This document shows, in pieces, positions 49,988 through 63,199 of a stretch of 64,000 nucleotides of DNA (the stretch's first letter is position 1; the number at the start of each line of letters is the position of its first letter). The position numbers and the translations under genes are program-made. The stretch is from Phoronis australis (Eukaryota; Animalia; Phoronida): the NCBI GenBank assembly GCA_002633005.1, contig NMRA01000197.1, positions 293,351 to 357,350 on the forward strand. Direction: 5' to 3'. The notes beneath the pieces were generated by a model. That model did not search any database and was not told where the DNA came from. It saw nothing but the letters and a program-made list of their open reading frames with translations.

Positions 49988-52900
49988 TTAAAGCTGCATT
50001 CAGGGTCTAAAAGCGACAATCGAATTAAGCCTTACATTCTCATAAAATCAGTCTCGTAACTTCCTTACTCCGACTGGATTCTGTTTCCGATACCAACTCA
50101 AGTCACATGCATGCGGCATTTTTGAACTCGAAATTTTAGGTTGCATAACGTACTCCAATAAACTCTGATTAGAAACATTTTTTCATTATCTAATGATTCC
50201 GTCTTGCAAGTTCTTAACGGAAAAAGAATCCTATCATTGCGACCGATTTTTTGAGAGTAAAAGGCCTAATATTCGGTGATCCTTTCGAGCAAGCCGCAGG
50301 CGAAATGTTCATACGGCAACGACAGCGCCCTGTACCCTCGGTCACAGTGCTCAACGTTCATTGAACGACACGCTGAATTCCTTGTCCACTTGGTTGCTTT
50401 AGACGTACTAGACGTTGATGTATGTATTTGGTACGGAAATGAGCCGAAACAGAGCGGTGATATCGTTTTGTTGTTGTGTTTGACGCCATGCAACCTTGCT
50501 TGTGTGGAATGCATAAATTTAGTCGCCCTCATCCGTATCGCAGTGCCACGTTGAATATGTTTCACTTTGTGCCAGACACGAACTTGAGCGGAATGCATAG
50601 GTTTTGCCTGTTCTTGTGGTTGCAGCGACCGCAAGCCAAGAAGGCATTTCTCAATTGTATTTAATTTCATTGTACATGTACCGTTTTTTCTGTTCAGTGT
50701 TACCTACATTGTTCTTCTTATTGTAAGTATCTATTTAATTTATTGTTACTCGGTGGTCGCTGAGCTATATAGCGGCCTTTGCTGGCCACCCAGTTTTATA
50801 TGATTTAAAAAAATTCTCTCTCTCAAAAAAAATAGGCAGGTGGCTTGGTTCCCCCTGTGATACACCAGGCGTGCTTAGGCCACACAGTTGAGCCCATTTC
50901 ACAAATCACTTGATTAAGACTCAAGACGATCCCTCAGCATGGAGTTCCTCGTGACGAAAGTCTTTAATCAACTCTTCCAGTTTTTCTCAGCTGAATACAT
51001 CAACCGATGTTATTTTCCAATGCGGTACATCCCGGAACTAAGATTTAATCTGTTTTTTTTGTATTTGCATCAACCGCAAGCCACACAGTGCATTTCTCAA
51101 CAGATTGAGGTGCATACTGATGCATTTCTCAACATCAAACAATCTGGATATTTGAATTATTTACCTATCATTCAATTATCCGAATGTTACCTCGCACTGT
51201 TACCAATGAGAAACCACATGGTGGTCATCCGCCATAATGCTACCTTGTTTTGTAGCACTCAGGAATTAGAGTATCCATCACTCCGTGCCCGTGCCAGGGT
51301 TCCGTAGATGCGAGAACCTCACAAAATGCAAGATTACGCATGACTTCGCAAAACCAATGAGTCTTTGAAAGACAAGTATTTCGCGAGCGTGCTCGAGACC
51401 TTTTCGACGTACAAAGTAGCAATATGGCGGCGGCCACAGAAGTACATCGGATGGAATGTTGAATTCTGGGAAGGAATTCATGAATTATTGCATTGAGTTC
51501 ACTCTTTCTGCTTCATAAACAAAAATTTCTTGCCGCAAGGTCATGGCTAATATTACGTTACACCAGCTTCAGAAATAGCTAACTGATCGATATTTACTGA
51601 TATAATATGATCTTAAGGCTTAGTTTACTTTTATTTTTTTGACAGGAATTAGGCGTTGCTACAATTAGCACATAAAAAACATAAGGACTGAGTAATTATG
51701 GGAATTACAATAGTCAGTCCACACATAAATTCATTGATTCAACAGCTGTGCGGATGTAATAGAGTGATTTGACATAGTGCAACACAAAAATACTCATAAA
51801 ACGCAACGGAATAACTATGAAAACATCCCAATTAATTTTGCCTAGACTGTCGAATTTGAACATAAAATAATGATTGAAATTGGAAATTAATTCCCTGAAG
51901 TAATAAACTACATAGTGCATGAGCGCTTTAAAAAATTGAAACCTTTCATTACTTTAATGATCAATCACCGATATACGGCACTATAATGACCGAATGAGAC
52001 ACTTGTGAATTGTGGACATAAAAAAACCTGACTCTGCTCTGGCAAAGACGAAGGACAGCATAAACTTACGTGAGTTGCATGTTTCTTTAGGCTAGTTTCA
52101 GTGGCAGATGCACGGAAGGTGGGGTTAAGGGGTTCGAAGCGATATAACCCAATTGGCGGTGCATCAGTGCTGCGCCGCCCATAACCGGCGACAACGAAGC
52201 ATGAATACAGCGAGCAATATTGAACAGAATTACGGTACACGAATTTTTCTCAGACAGTACTTTAACATAACAGTTGTTCAGTGATTCGAGTTCCTTACGT
52301 AAATCTTTTTCTTGTACTCTTGTACTCTTGTCTCCACAAACATCTACGAGGTCACTGAATGAATCTCAACAAACTGGGCTAGTGTTGAACCCACGTGTCT
52401 TATAGGCACATCGTGACCGCCTTACTCGTGGGCTCACGATGTCCGGCAAGTAATTCTGGATTTCAAGCATGATGTCCAACAACGCATCAAGCTAGTTATA
52501 GTTATCCTCAAAAGTGCAACAGGCTAGCAGTTACAATTATCAGGTTTGGTGACCGCCGGGTTTTCAAAGCTGATTTCCCATTGGAAAAACGCGTTTTGCA
52601 CTATGATGCCGCCGACTGGGATAGATCGTTCGAAAATTTGTGAGACTCTGCGAAGGACTGATTTGAAATCGTTTAATTAGTCAAAGGCTGGAAACTTTTA
52701 AAAGCAGTTTCAGGTTTACATACAAGAAGGAATGCAAACCCACATCTGACACAGCGCCACCTAGCACTGTGACAGAGTGCAAAACCAGTCCGTTGTCTAC
52801 CAAAGCCCGGCATGGAAACGTTCAACACATCTCGCATCACAGTCCATTGCTTGGTTTCGTTCACAAATGCTTAGTCTAGAGAGGTTGCTCCTCCAATTTT

Positions 52901-53521
52901 ATTCGACTCCTCACCTCTTTTTCTTACATTCAGGACATTAGCCCTTTACTTTTTTCACGCCGGTTCTAATGCATCACACATTGCCCGCGTCAGGCATTTT
53001 CGCACGCTTAGCAAAGAAGCAGGTGATGAGGTCAAAGCCTCGATTTTAGTCAGCTTTGACTACCAGTCTTGTTAGGAATCACAAATATTCAATAAAATTT
53101 GCTGTTTCATATCTCTGGTCAAAGCTGAACTTTCAAAGCACAGACCTACCTAAACCAACCAGCTATCATGAAAATACGTTTTTCTTGGCCGTGAATCCGA
53201 TTGCAAGTTTTTACCTCCCACAATAAAATACCCTGTGACAAAACCAGACTTTCTCCGATTTGTAACAAGAACAAGTGCAAATCCCATCGATGAAATCGTA
53301 AATTTGCCAGTGAAAAGTTAAATTGGAAGGCAGAGGTGACGTCATGTCAAAGCCTTTAGTATGTGATAAATGGGATTGACTACGCGAGGATATTGTTGAC
53401 CGTTAAAAGTGACTCTTGTAATATTTACTCTGTGAAGATCATTCTTTACGTTTGTTAGAAGATATTTTTACGGTTGTAAGACATTTCATAGGTTTGCATT
53501 CTTGCATTGTTTTATTTTCAG

Positions 53522-53681
53522 ACAACCCGACAGAAACCTGACGTTATCTGGCTTCGTATTGTTGGGTGTTGGGTTGGTCGTGATGGTGTCAACCGTATCC
53601 TATAAGATTTGCTCAAAGCGCAGGAACTATTTAAAGGAGCCAGAGGTCAGTGACCAAGGAATAACCTTTTGTTATAATTGA
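53522..53681 (+). CDS. Putative small two-TM membrane protein, terminal coding exon
   Basis: A strong acceptor (TTGTTTTATTTTCAG|) is phase-compatible with the 20377 donor. The exon encodes (R)QPDRNLTLSGFVLLGVGLVVMVSTVSYKICSKRRNYLKEPEVSDQGITFCYN*, i.e. a TM helix followed by a basic stop-transfer patch. AATAAA lies at 53986-53991. Confidence 0.65.
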
Positions 53682-56391
53682 ATCCGTTACCATAGTGATG
53701 AAGAAAGACATTTCAAAGGAGAAATTCTATGAAAGAAACCACCGAATGGAATAACTATTGAAATTTGTAATCAAATAATTACGATCTGAATTTCGATTTT
53801 GTGAAATCAGTTAAATGTCTGGATAATTTAATTGAGTGTCTACAGTCTTGGAAAAACTTTGTATAGAAGCAGTTGCATTCAGATGGATTTCATTTAACGT
53901 TTTCATTGTATTGCTTGTATGACCAGACTATCACATAACGGCTTGTTCCCAGGAGAAAGAAATGAATGCTCTAATTACAAGCTTGAATAAATGTCAGATT
54001 AATGTGGCAGCATACTTGAAATTTTTTAGGAAATATTAAGATTTGATAGAAAAGATAGGACATTTTAGGATTGTTTTGGGTGTCAAATTTAGAAAGAGTA
54101 CGGGATCATCTATCATAGGGCATTCAAAAAACCGCGTGTCACTTGAAAATGTTAGAAACATGAAAGATGAACCTCATGAACCTCTCAACACAAATAGGAC
54201 TAGACAGACAACGCCATCTATAAATGGCCACTCTTCCCGTGGTATAGTCCAGTTACATCATACCCTGACAACCAAGTAGAATATGTCAGGCAGCTTGTGC
54301 TTGTGCAGGGTGGTCTGAGAGTGAGTGAGATAATTGCGCTTTTATCATTCATCGGCTGGGTTTTGCAAACACGGAAACTTACTAAGTTATGAAAGTCTGG
54401 TAGTATGTCTTTAAGAGATCTCGCTGTGGTAATATTTTTGTTCTCAGCGAGACCAAATGTAGTCTCTTTTAAAAATCTAATGATGTTTTAGTACTTGAGT
54501 TTCCTCTGAATTCCATTGTAGGCTCATGTTCAAGTCGAGGCAGGATTACCCCTTAGGACGCTTGAAACCACCAATACGGAATTACCGGAAATTCCTGTGT
54601 GGCTCAACATAGCGTCGCCTTTAGAACAGCACTTTCTGCGGCCCCATGGTCAGAGACACGCAATGGCCATGGAGCGACATCGACACTTTTTTGGCCCGTC
54701 TAAGCTAGACAAAACTGTCAATGGACAACTAGTAACGCATTCCGCGGTATTTGGTCAAGTGCCGAAACCAAGAATGTACTAACAACACAGAGGAGGGTGC
54801 TTTATTATCAGAGAAATCGCAATGTGACGATTACTCTATATTTTTGCATGCTATATGATAATAGGCCTACCGGAAGTCAGAGGTGGTTGCTAACGAGGCT
54901 GTTGCTGATATTGGACAACTGAATAACTGATGAGTAATGACGTAAGCCTACTCATTTGTATTCAGCTATATATGTATGTGTTGATGTACGCGTGCAAGAG
55001 AAATTACCCTTGCGTGATCGCATACCGCGTGCAATGGATAGTTCCCAAATCAAGTTATTAATTCTAGCCAGCCAGGACGCAGGAAAATGTAAAACACTAT
55101 GCTCGTCCTCCATCTTGGCCCACAAACATTCATTGCTAACGAAATCAGAAAGATATTTGATGAGCTTGTGACAATTAGTGGAAACCAACAATTTACGGAG
55201 AACAAAGGCAAGAAAAGATATTGGGTACATGATAGCTCTTGGTTGACCTCACGACGATCAGATGAATATGCTCCAGGGAGTATACACATAGTCAGAAAGA
55301 ACAATTAGCCCAAATCGGAAATAAATTTACCTTCTTAATGTGCCGCAAATATTTTCTTTTCTTCACTTGTATCTGAATTGGGCTTACAATCAAGTATGTG
55401 AGACACATGGTGGCGTGTGTGGCTTACGGGAACGTGACCACCAAATGACGCCAAACAAAAACTTTTACTGACGTTGTGTGTGCTCACGTGACGTACCTGA
55501 AGACAGTTTCTCCTCATCGTCCTCATGCAGCTGTGCTATGGAATATTGCTCACCAGCTTTCACAGTCTTGTCATCGACTAACTTAAAGTGCTGTAAAAAC
55601 GATTGTACTGAATGACAGTGCCTATACTGAGCTTATGTGCAGTGGCCGGGAGTAAGCAGACTTGAACTCAATGGAGATCGACTTGGTTTGATTGGGCTAC
55701 AAATTCATAAATGGCCTGAAAGACTTAGGATCGTGGACACCAATGTGTGTAACAATCAATTGTCTCCCAGGGCCCTTTGGGATTGTGAGGTTGCACGGCC
55801 GTAACAGTTTCTGCAAAATATCACCGGCAACATAAAAACCTTACATAGACCCAAGAATCTCAAGAAGAAAACTAGTGCGATCACGTGCTTAGCTTTTAAC
55901 GCATGGCAAATGTCTAGCGAAATCTTGGGTGATCTTAGGTTTTCGGGAAGTTCGCGCGTGAAAATGAACTAGCGTGATCACGATCTTCTTCTCGAATGCA
56001 TGGCGGCATTTCGCGAATGACTTGCGTTTGTGGGAGTTTTTGGGTTGTCCTAGTGCGTATAAAGGTGACCTCCGCCATATTTGCTTTGTAGGCTAGTTGT
56101 GGGAGTTTGCAACGGTAACTACAATGGGCGTAGCCTAACTGCGTTTGCTGGAACTATCTATTAAGCGATCATGTATGACAAAAGCATAATATTTTCTACA
56201 CTTTTGAAACCTGTACCACATGTCCACTCAAACTGGTCAGACGCATGCTTAAATCACACAACTTTTCAGGCAAATGACTATATTTTTTAATTACAAATTT
56301 ACATATTCCTGGGCTAAAGTGATGACGTTGTTATAACACAGCCCACATCATCCCCCGTCATGTTGAATTCGTGTCTTCTATGCTTTTATAC

Positions 56392-56720
56392 CTTTGGTTG
56401 TATCAGTGAGCTATACGGGGTGTAGCTCATTAGTTGTACCCTACTTACACATTCCTTATACCAGGTACAGTTCACTGGTTGTACCCTACCTACGAAGTCG
56501 CCATACCTGGTATAGCTCATCATTCGTTGTACCCTACCGACAGATTCGCAATACCAGCAACAGCTCATTCGTTGTACCCTTCCTACAGATTGGCTATACC
56601 AGGTAAAGCTTATTGGTTGTACCCTTCCTCGAATTTGCTAAACCAGGAATAGCTCATTGGTTGTACCCTTCCCAAAGATTCACTATACCAGGTACAGCTC
56701 ATTGGTTGTACCCTACCTAT
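56392..56720. repeat. Diverged ~45-bp minisatellite (CCAGGTACAGCTCATTGGTTGTACCCTACCTAC...)
   Basis: About 7 imperfect tandem copies. Confidence 0.88.
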
Positions 56721-57762
56721 ATCCTGATCAGCATTTCTTTACTCACCCAACTTACTCTAACAAGTCCTTTGATTAAAATACAACTATTTTTATCAGTGTA
56801 TTGGGATGCACTCTCAGGTAACATAACAAAGCACTAACAATGTTGAGGTAGCTAGAAATATTGATCCCGCTTTTCCATGTTCCTACTTGAAGTGTGAAAA
56901 ATTTTATTATGATGCATGTCAAAAATCAATGAAAAACATTTTTGAGTCATTAATATTTATTTTTTTTAGTTGTCTGAAAATTTCAGTTTTCAAAAAAATG
57001 TTGTTACTTATCTGTGGAACTTGCTATGGTCCAGTTCTTGAAATCATCAATAAACAATAACAAAATTAAAGTAACCATAATGTACTTTTTTGCATTTTGT
57101 TTTTGAAATTTGGCAGACAGGAAATATTCAGTCAGTTAAAGTTATAAATGATCACACCGTAGGTCAGTACATGTCATGAATTTTTACACCAGGTAAGCAC
57201 ATTGTTTCGCAATGAGACTCATGCTTTAATTGACCTGATTAGTACAAAATGAAACAAAAAAGAAAAAGAAGAAGGAAAAAGAAGACAAGATATAAAAATT
57301 GTGTCCAAATAACTGATAGTCCCCAGTTGAAAGAGGCATGGAACGCCAAAGCTCGTCAAAAATACCTTTTAAACAATTCCTGACGAAAGTAACATATCGC
57401 AACCTCTAGTACAGAGTTATTCACTTTCCCCTGTGAAGAAATTTCCAGAAAAAAATCGCATAATTCACGAGTCACCGAGTAAGGAATATGTGGAGACCAA
57501 TTATATACTATATATCAGTTGATAGTGAAATCAGCCATGACTCTGTGTTGCATCAAACACACACGCACGCACATGTACATGGTGTAAATCAAAAGTGTGC
57601 TTGTTTGATGAAACACCGATTTTACTATCAACTGATGATGAGCAATATTGAATCTTAACAACTGATGTGCTAATCAATAGTTCTGATTTCAATTTACAAA
57701 TGGACAGAGTTTGATAGACACAAGAACCTCACTAACTAGTGTGATTACATGCTTTATTTGCA

Positions 57763-58175
57763 ATACGTGGCGATGGTGAGTTCTATATCTATGGAAAGCA
57801 CACGTGGCGATGGTGAGTTCTATATCTATGGAAAGCACACATGGCGATGGTGAGTTCTATACCTATGGAAAGCACACGTGGCGATGGTGAGTTCTATACC
57901 TATGGAAAGCACACGTGGCGATGGTGAGTTCTATATCTATGGAAAGCACACGTGGCGATGGTGAGTTCTATATCTATGGAAAGCACACGTGGCGATCGTG
58001 AGTTCTATATCTATGGAAAGCATATGTGGCGATGGTGAGTTCTATATCTATGGAAAGCATACCTGGCGATGGTGAGTTCTATATCTATGGAAAGCATACG
58101 TGGCGATGGTGAATTCTATATCTATGGAAAGCATACGTGGCGATGGTGAGTTCTATATCTATGGAAAGCACACCT
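57763..58175. repeat. 37-bp minisatellite (CACGTGGCGATGGTGAGTTCTATATCTATGGAAAGCA), ~11 copies
   Basis: Head-to-tail, near-identical units with no spacers. Confidence 0.97.
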
Positions 58176-59768
58176 GGATAGTGTACCACACAACTATATA
58201 GAATTAACAAAATGTATGTTTTACTTAGTTCAACTACACTCATTAGGGCCATAGATCAGAGACTGATTCCCAACTCCGATATTTTCATATGGAATTCCCA
58301 GAAGCGCAACTTCTTGGTTAGCGAGCAGACTGACTTGCCGTTACCCAAACTGTGACTCACACCAGATGTCGCTAATGAATAGTGACTTTTTGGCCAATAG
58401 TGTTGGTCACGCCTTGAGCGTTCAATCACAGATTTTTTTCCATTAAGAATATACAAAGTTGACGGTCCACCTACTAAAGTATGTGACAGGACAAACCCTG
58501 AGGTGACAATATTTTTACTGAAAACACTGAAACAGTGAGACCAAACAGGGATACAATCTACAACTTGTGAGACTTTGTAAGCTGAATTTGAACGGTTGTA
58601 AGTACATGTGCCACGCCCAATAGGACAAATATAAATATAATCATGGACATAACTATCACATAATGACTGATACTAGTACCAATCTCCAGCCAACTTCCGT
58701 AGTCTTGAACCATGAAAAAGAAGTGCTGAAACAAAAAAAAAAACAAGAAAAAACATAATTTATGAAAAGATAAAAACAGCAATTAGAACATTAGTGTGTA
58801 TTCTGCAATTTCATTGCATGGACCCGAAGAACATTAAATTAATATTGACTCAACGTGTGCTACATCTGCAGATCAAAAATAGGCAATTTCAAGGTAGGAT
58901 AAAATAAAAACGAAGAAGTCTATTAAGCCAAAATAACAACTATGAGCTCCATTCCAACCTAAATATAACCATAGAAAACAAGAAGTGTTAACTCGTCTTA
59001 TTTCATGACTCAAACGGGATGTCCCAAGGTAATAGTCATATCACATAACAGTGTTCAATATTACCTTTTAGCTAATACTCAGATCTGTAAGGGCTTTTCA
59101 TCACTTGGTGAAATAGATAGAATCCAAAAGAACGGGAGGAAAAGTTTTATTCCATGTGATAGTACTTACAAAATCAAATTCTCTTGACATGTTTAGGAAA
59201 CTGCAAACGGTCTTACCAGTTATATTTCGCTTCTTTTTACTTTCCTCTAACAACAATGAATTAAATCGTCTGCCATCCTATGAGCTCAGTTTTTGACTAA
59301 ATGATGTCACATAGTGACCGGAATGCCAGCCAATGAGCTCAGTGAATGCTTTAGTCCATGAGTTCACTGGTAGGTTAAAAAATGCAAATGGCGGAGTGAC
59401 AAGCGAATAGTAAAAAGTCCAATCTTCGAGAAAAACAAATTCTTTCGAAGGGCTTGATTTCCCTGCAGTTACATTCGCTGTATTATTTCTTACTATGATA
59501 AATGCGTTCATGCAATCACAATTTCGACGCGTGCGGGTTAATGTTTGATGCGGAATTCGAGTGCAATGTGTCTGGCACTTGATTCTACACTTTCACTGCA
59601 CCGACTTCCAGCCCTGTTTCTATTACAAGGGTTGGTTAGTTACCGATTATATCTCTTTAAGGACCATATTCATATTTTGATAGTTGGTAAATAAGAGTAT
59701 CACCCTTGAACTAATAAGCATCACTGTTTTTGTTGAGGAACATGCGGATTGTAAACACTTTTGATTAA

Positions 59769-60127
59769 AAACCGGACGATCGCTGCACAAATAAAAAAGT
59801 TCATGTTCAATCAACGTTTCGTCTATTCATTAGACATCATCAGGATAATTATTTACAAAGGACAGCAAGTGCTAACATACAGCTCAGGTAACATCCATAA
59901 AGTGAAGTGAGAGATACAGGGAATATAGTCAGTAGTTGGCCATCACCATAGTTGTAGCGTCACTGAGCTCTGCATGTTATTCAGAGAATCAGTACCATGC
60001 TAGTTCAGCATGCTACTGTATGTTGGCACTTGCTGTCCTTTGTAAATATTATCCTGATGATGTATAATGAACAGATGAAACGTTGATTGAACATGAACTT
60101 TTTATTTGTGCGGCGATAGTCCAGTTT
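59769..60127. mobile_element. Fold-back MITE with ~115-bp TIRs and TTAA flanks
   Basis: Arms at ~59769-59882 and ~60016-60127; TTAA at 59765-59768 and 60128-60131. Confidence 0.8.
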
Positions 60128-60571
60128 TTAATCTTACTGTGGCCAAAAACTTTTTTAAAAAACATTTTTGAAAATTGAGATAACCAGAACAACCCTGCAT
60201 CTCATTTACAATATGTGCTACTGCCAACACAACTGTATTCACTAACAAAATTTATTCAACAGACAACTAAAAAAGCTAAATAATCACGCTCCATGCTTCC
60301 AGTAATTTTCCAAATGTTTTGCATGAAGTGATTGGTCAATTGTCCAGGACAGTCTCGATTAAAATTTGATGGTCACCGTCTCAAGGCCGTGAGCAGTAAA
60401 CTTTATTCAAAGCTTGATTTGAAACTAGATCAATCACATGACACTCTATGAGTAAACTATCGAACTTCACGCATAATTATTTAGAACTCGTCTGTTAAAC
60501 AATGAAGCCTCCAGTAAAGTTTGTTGCTCGCAGCCCTATACATAGATCTTGGTCAGTCAAAATACTATAAT

Positions 60572-61070
60572 CAGGGCTTGGAATGACCAATGACAAAAAA
60601 CGCGGAAACTTTGAAACTTTTACGGCCCAAATCATGCCCGATAAACAGTCTTGAAATGGTCAATGTGAACCTTTCCCCGACAAAAGTCGGGAGGACTAAA
60701 AAAAAAACGTTACCACCATCAGTAGCATGCGTCTGCGTCCTTTTAGCTCGCCCGTCCACTCCGAACCCACACATTTTTGGCTGCAGAGCAGTAGTATTTG
60801 CCGCCGCGCTTAACAATAACACGAGACGGCATTGAAAATCACACCACGCTGTCCCAGATGCCCCGGCAATGTTGACAATTTACGTTCCTCCGAAACATAA
60901 AGAGCAACTTCCGCTTTTCGAGGTGAACGTCGTCTGCAACGCCGCGGTAAGAAAGGAATTTGCCGCGGAAATTTTATATCAAATCCGATCTTTTTACGCG
61001 GAAATATTATAAAGAAAGCACATTTGAAAAAAGCGGAAATCCGCGTTTCCGCGGAAAATTCCAAGCCCTG
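60572..61070 (+). mobile_element. MITE copy 2 (CAGGGCTTGGAAT...ATTCCAAGCCCTG), flanked by TATAAT direct repeats
   Basis: Homologous to 3898-4410; TATAAT at 60566-60571 and 61071-61076. Confidence 0.9.
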
Positions 61071-61378
61071 TATAATGCAGATGATCCAAGACAAGCACTA
61101 CTTACCAGTCCCATGAAATCAGACATGAGTAATACAATGAGAAACAGACTTTTGGTGGGTACTCTCACTGTGACGTGTATAGCAGTAAAGACACAGGTGA
61201 CTAAGATGAAAGGTATTAAGACCTGCAATAGACAGACAGTTGTCACAAAGGACCTAACTTAAAGCTGCTGAATCCTTGTTATTTACCATCTTTGATTGAT
61301 TCTAAATTGTATTGAATTGATACCAGACAAGATTTTACAAAATTGTCCACTGCCATGTTGATGTCATTGCCCACCACC

Positions 61379-61449
61379 ATGTTGTCATTTGATTGACAAT
61401 ATGTTGATATCATTTGATTGACAATATGTTGAGATCATTTGATTGACAG
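61379..61449. repeat. ~25-bp tandem repeat (ATGTTGATATCATTTGATTGACAAT) x3
   Basis: Direct reading. Confidence 0.75.
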
Positions 61450-62132
61450 TGTTTCACACTGTTCTGGTGACACCTTTCAATTTTTACGTCATTATTATTA
61501 CAGACCATAAGGACAAGTGCCTTAGATTTGTTGTACCTGGATCAAAGATCATGAGTGCTTTCCATGAATAACACACAAGCAAATTCGTTTTAATTTGAAT
61601 TTAAATGGTCTTATTTGCAAAAGTCTAATTCAGCAACTATATAAACTAAAACCAACCGGTATGAACTCACTTCATTAGTTACACACAAATGGACACTTAA
61701 TGCGGGCACATATTGCTGGCACTTAATGCTGACACTTAATGCTGGCACTTAATGCTGACACTTAATGCTGACACTTAATGCTGACAATTTATGCTGACAC
61801 TTAAAGGCGAAGGCAACCCTTTTTCATGTCATTTTGAGCTAAAATAAGGTTGGTTGGTTATCCTAGACATATTTTCCACGTAATTACAGCGTAATTTTAT
61901 TAATTACTCGTCCTCTACTCCGGAAGTGACATTTTAGGAGGCAAGCGTTTCCCGCCACTTGGTTTTGCGTTGAGTTTACCGTGCGAATCTGTTCTATTCT
62001 ACTTTTGTTTTGTGCTGTTTTTCAACAATTGTCGTCACCACTTTCCATCGGCGAGTATTCTGCGGCAAGATAGGTTAGTAGAGAACACAAATACCTTGGA
62101 TTTAGGGATTGTTTAGTGTGTTGTAAGCTGAA

Positions 62133-62496
62133 AATGGCTGGAGTCGGTGACCCGTATCACAGTGACAGTAGTGTGAATGACGGAGACCTTGGTCACAGCA
62201 GTGGTGACGAGGAATTTTTTCACGGACATTCAGTGGGTGGTTACATGTTTGAGTATAACGAGGCAAAGTACGCACAGGCACAGGCAGCTGTTGAGAGAAA
62301 CGAGGCGGCTACTGAGGACAGACGTGGTGACACATCTTGGTGCAAATGCACTGTGTGCGTTGTTATGTCTGTTCAGAGTTCGACGAGGCCAAGCCACTAC
62401 TGGATACGGTTAAGTGGACCTCCGGCATACCACGGACAGAGGAACAACTGTCCCACTTGCCAGAGTGTCCCGCGACACACTCCCACTGGATGGTGA
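62133..62496 (+). pseudogene. KolX/P2X7-like ORF, copy B, frameshifted
   Basis: MAGVGDPY...SWCKCTVCVVM is followed by a ~22-nt deletion relative to copy A that removes PTSMECLC. A 6-nt deletion also affects FEPEY. Confidence 0.75.
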
Positions 62497-63199
62497 CCTG
62501 AGAACCCAAACTGCTTACATCGTGTCGTGTGACTCCCTCGCCACACACCTGGCACCTTCTAAATAGCTCCAACACTTTAGACAAGTCCACAATAAACTTA
62601 TCAAAGTTTGGCTCACCGATCTGTTCACTGGACGACGAACTGTCCTCTTCACTGGGTGTCGAACTGGGCCTGTAATCACTCCCACTACTCAATATCGCTG
62701 CAGGGCTGCTTAGAGGCTCTGGGCTGGAGAAAACAGCACAGGGCGAATCACTACTGGTTCCAGGAATTGCACGCTCTGGGGTACGTTCGGAGGCACGGGT
62801 GACAGTGGATGAAGTGCCTCCACTGGCTCCAGTCACTGTACTGGCCACAGCTCGCGAGGCTTCTCTCTTCAAAAACGCACTTCTCGGGGGTGGCGACGGG
62901 GCACTGCCGGGAATCAACACAGACGGAATGGCATCCTTCTTCAGGCGTTGTTTCGCAGGGACCTTCATCAGTTCAGCGTACAAATCCCTTTCGTAATCGG
63001 ACGGCAGAAAGTGCTTGCCACACACACGGTAATTCTCGACTGCTTTGTACGTTGCGTGGACGGGTAACGCTGCGTTCTTCACACGAACGAGCCAAGTACG
63101 GCGAAGTGTGTCATCCATCGGAAAGCGATGCTAAGGTACTCCCAAAGCGCGCGTGAGACGATAATTAGTACATCCCGGTACGCAGCAACAGTGTGGCAT
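62363..63199 (-). pseudogene. Truncated THAP-domain transposase N-terminus (copy B) with in-frame TAG at codon 23
   Basis: MPHCCCVPGCTNYRLTRALGVP*HRFPMDDTLRRTW...RVCGKHF...LKKDAIPSV. Confidence 0.85.

Noticed and set aside
56392-56720. CRISPR-like conserved/variable alternation and ORFs 56394-56837
   Set aside because: The variable parts are homologous to each other, so this is a diverged minisatellite and the ORFs are by-products.
57763-58175. CRISPR-like array (37-bp period)
   Set aside because: Units are head-to-tail with no unique spacers, there are no cas genes, and the context is eukaryotic.
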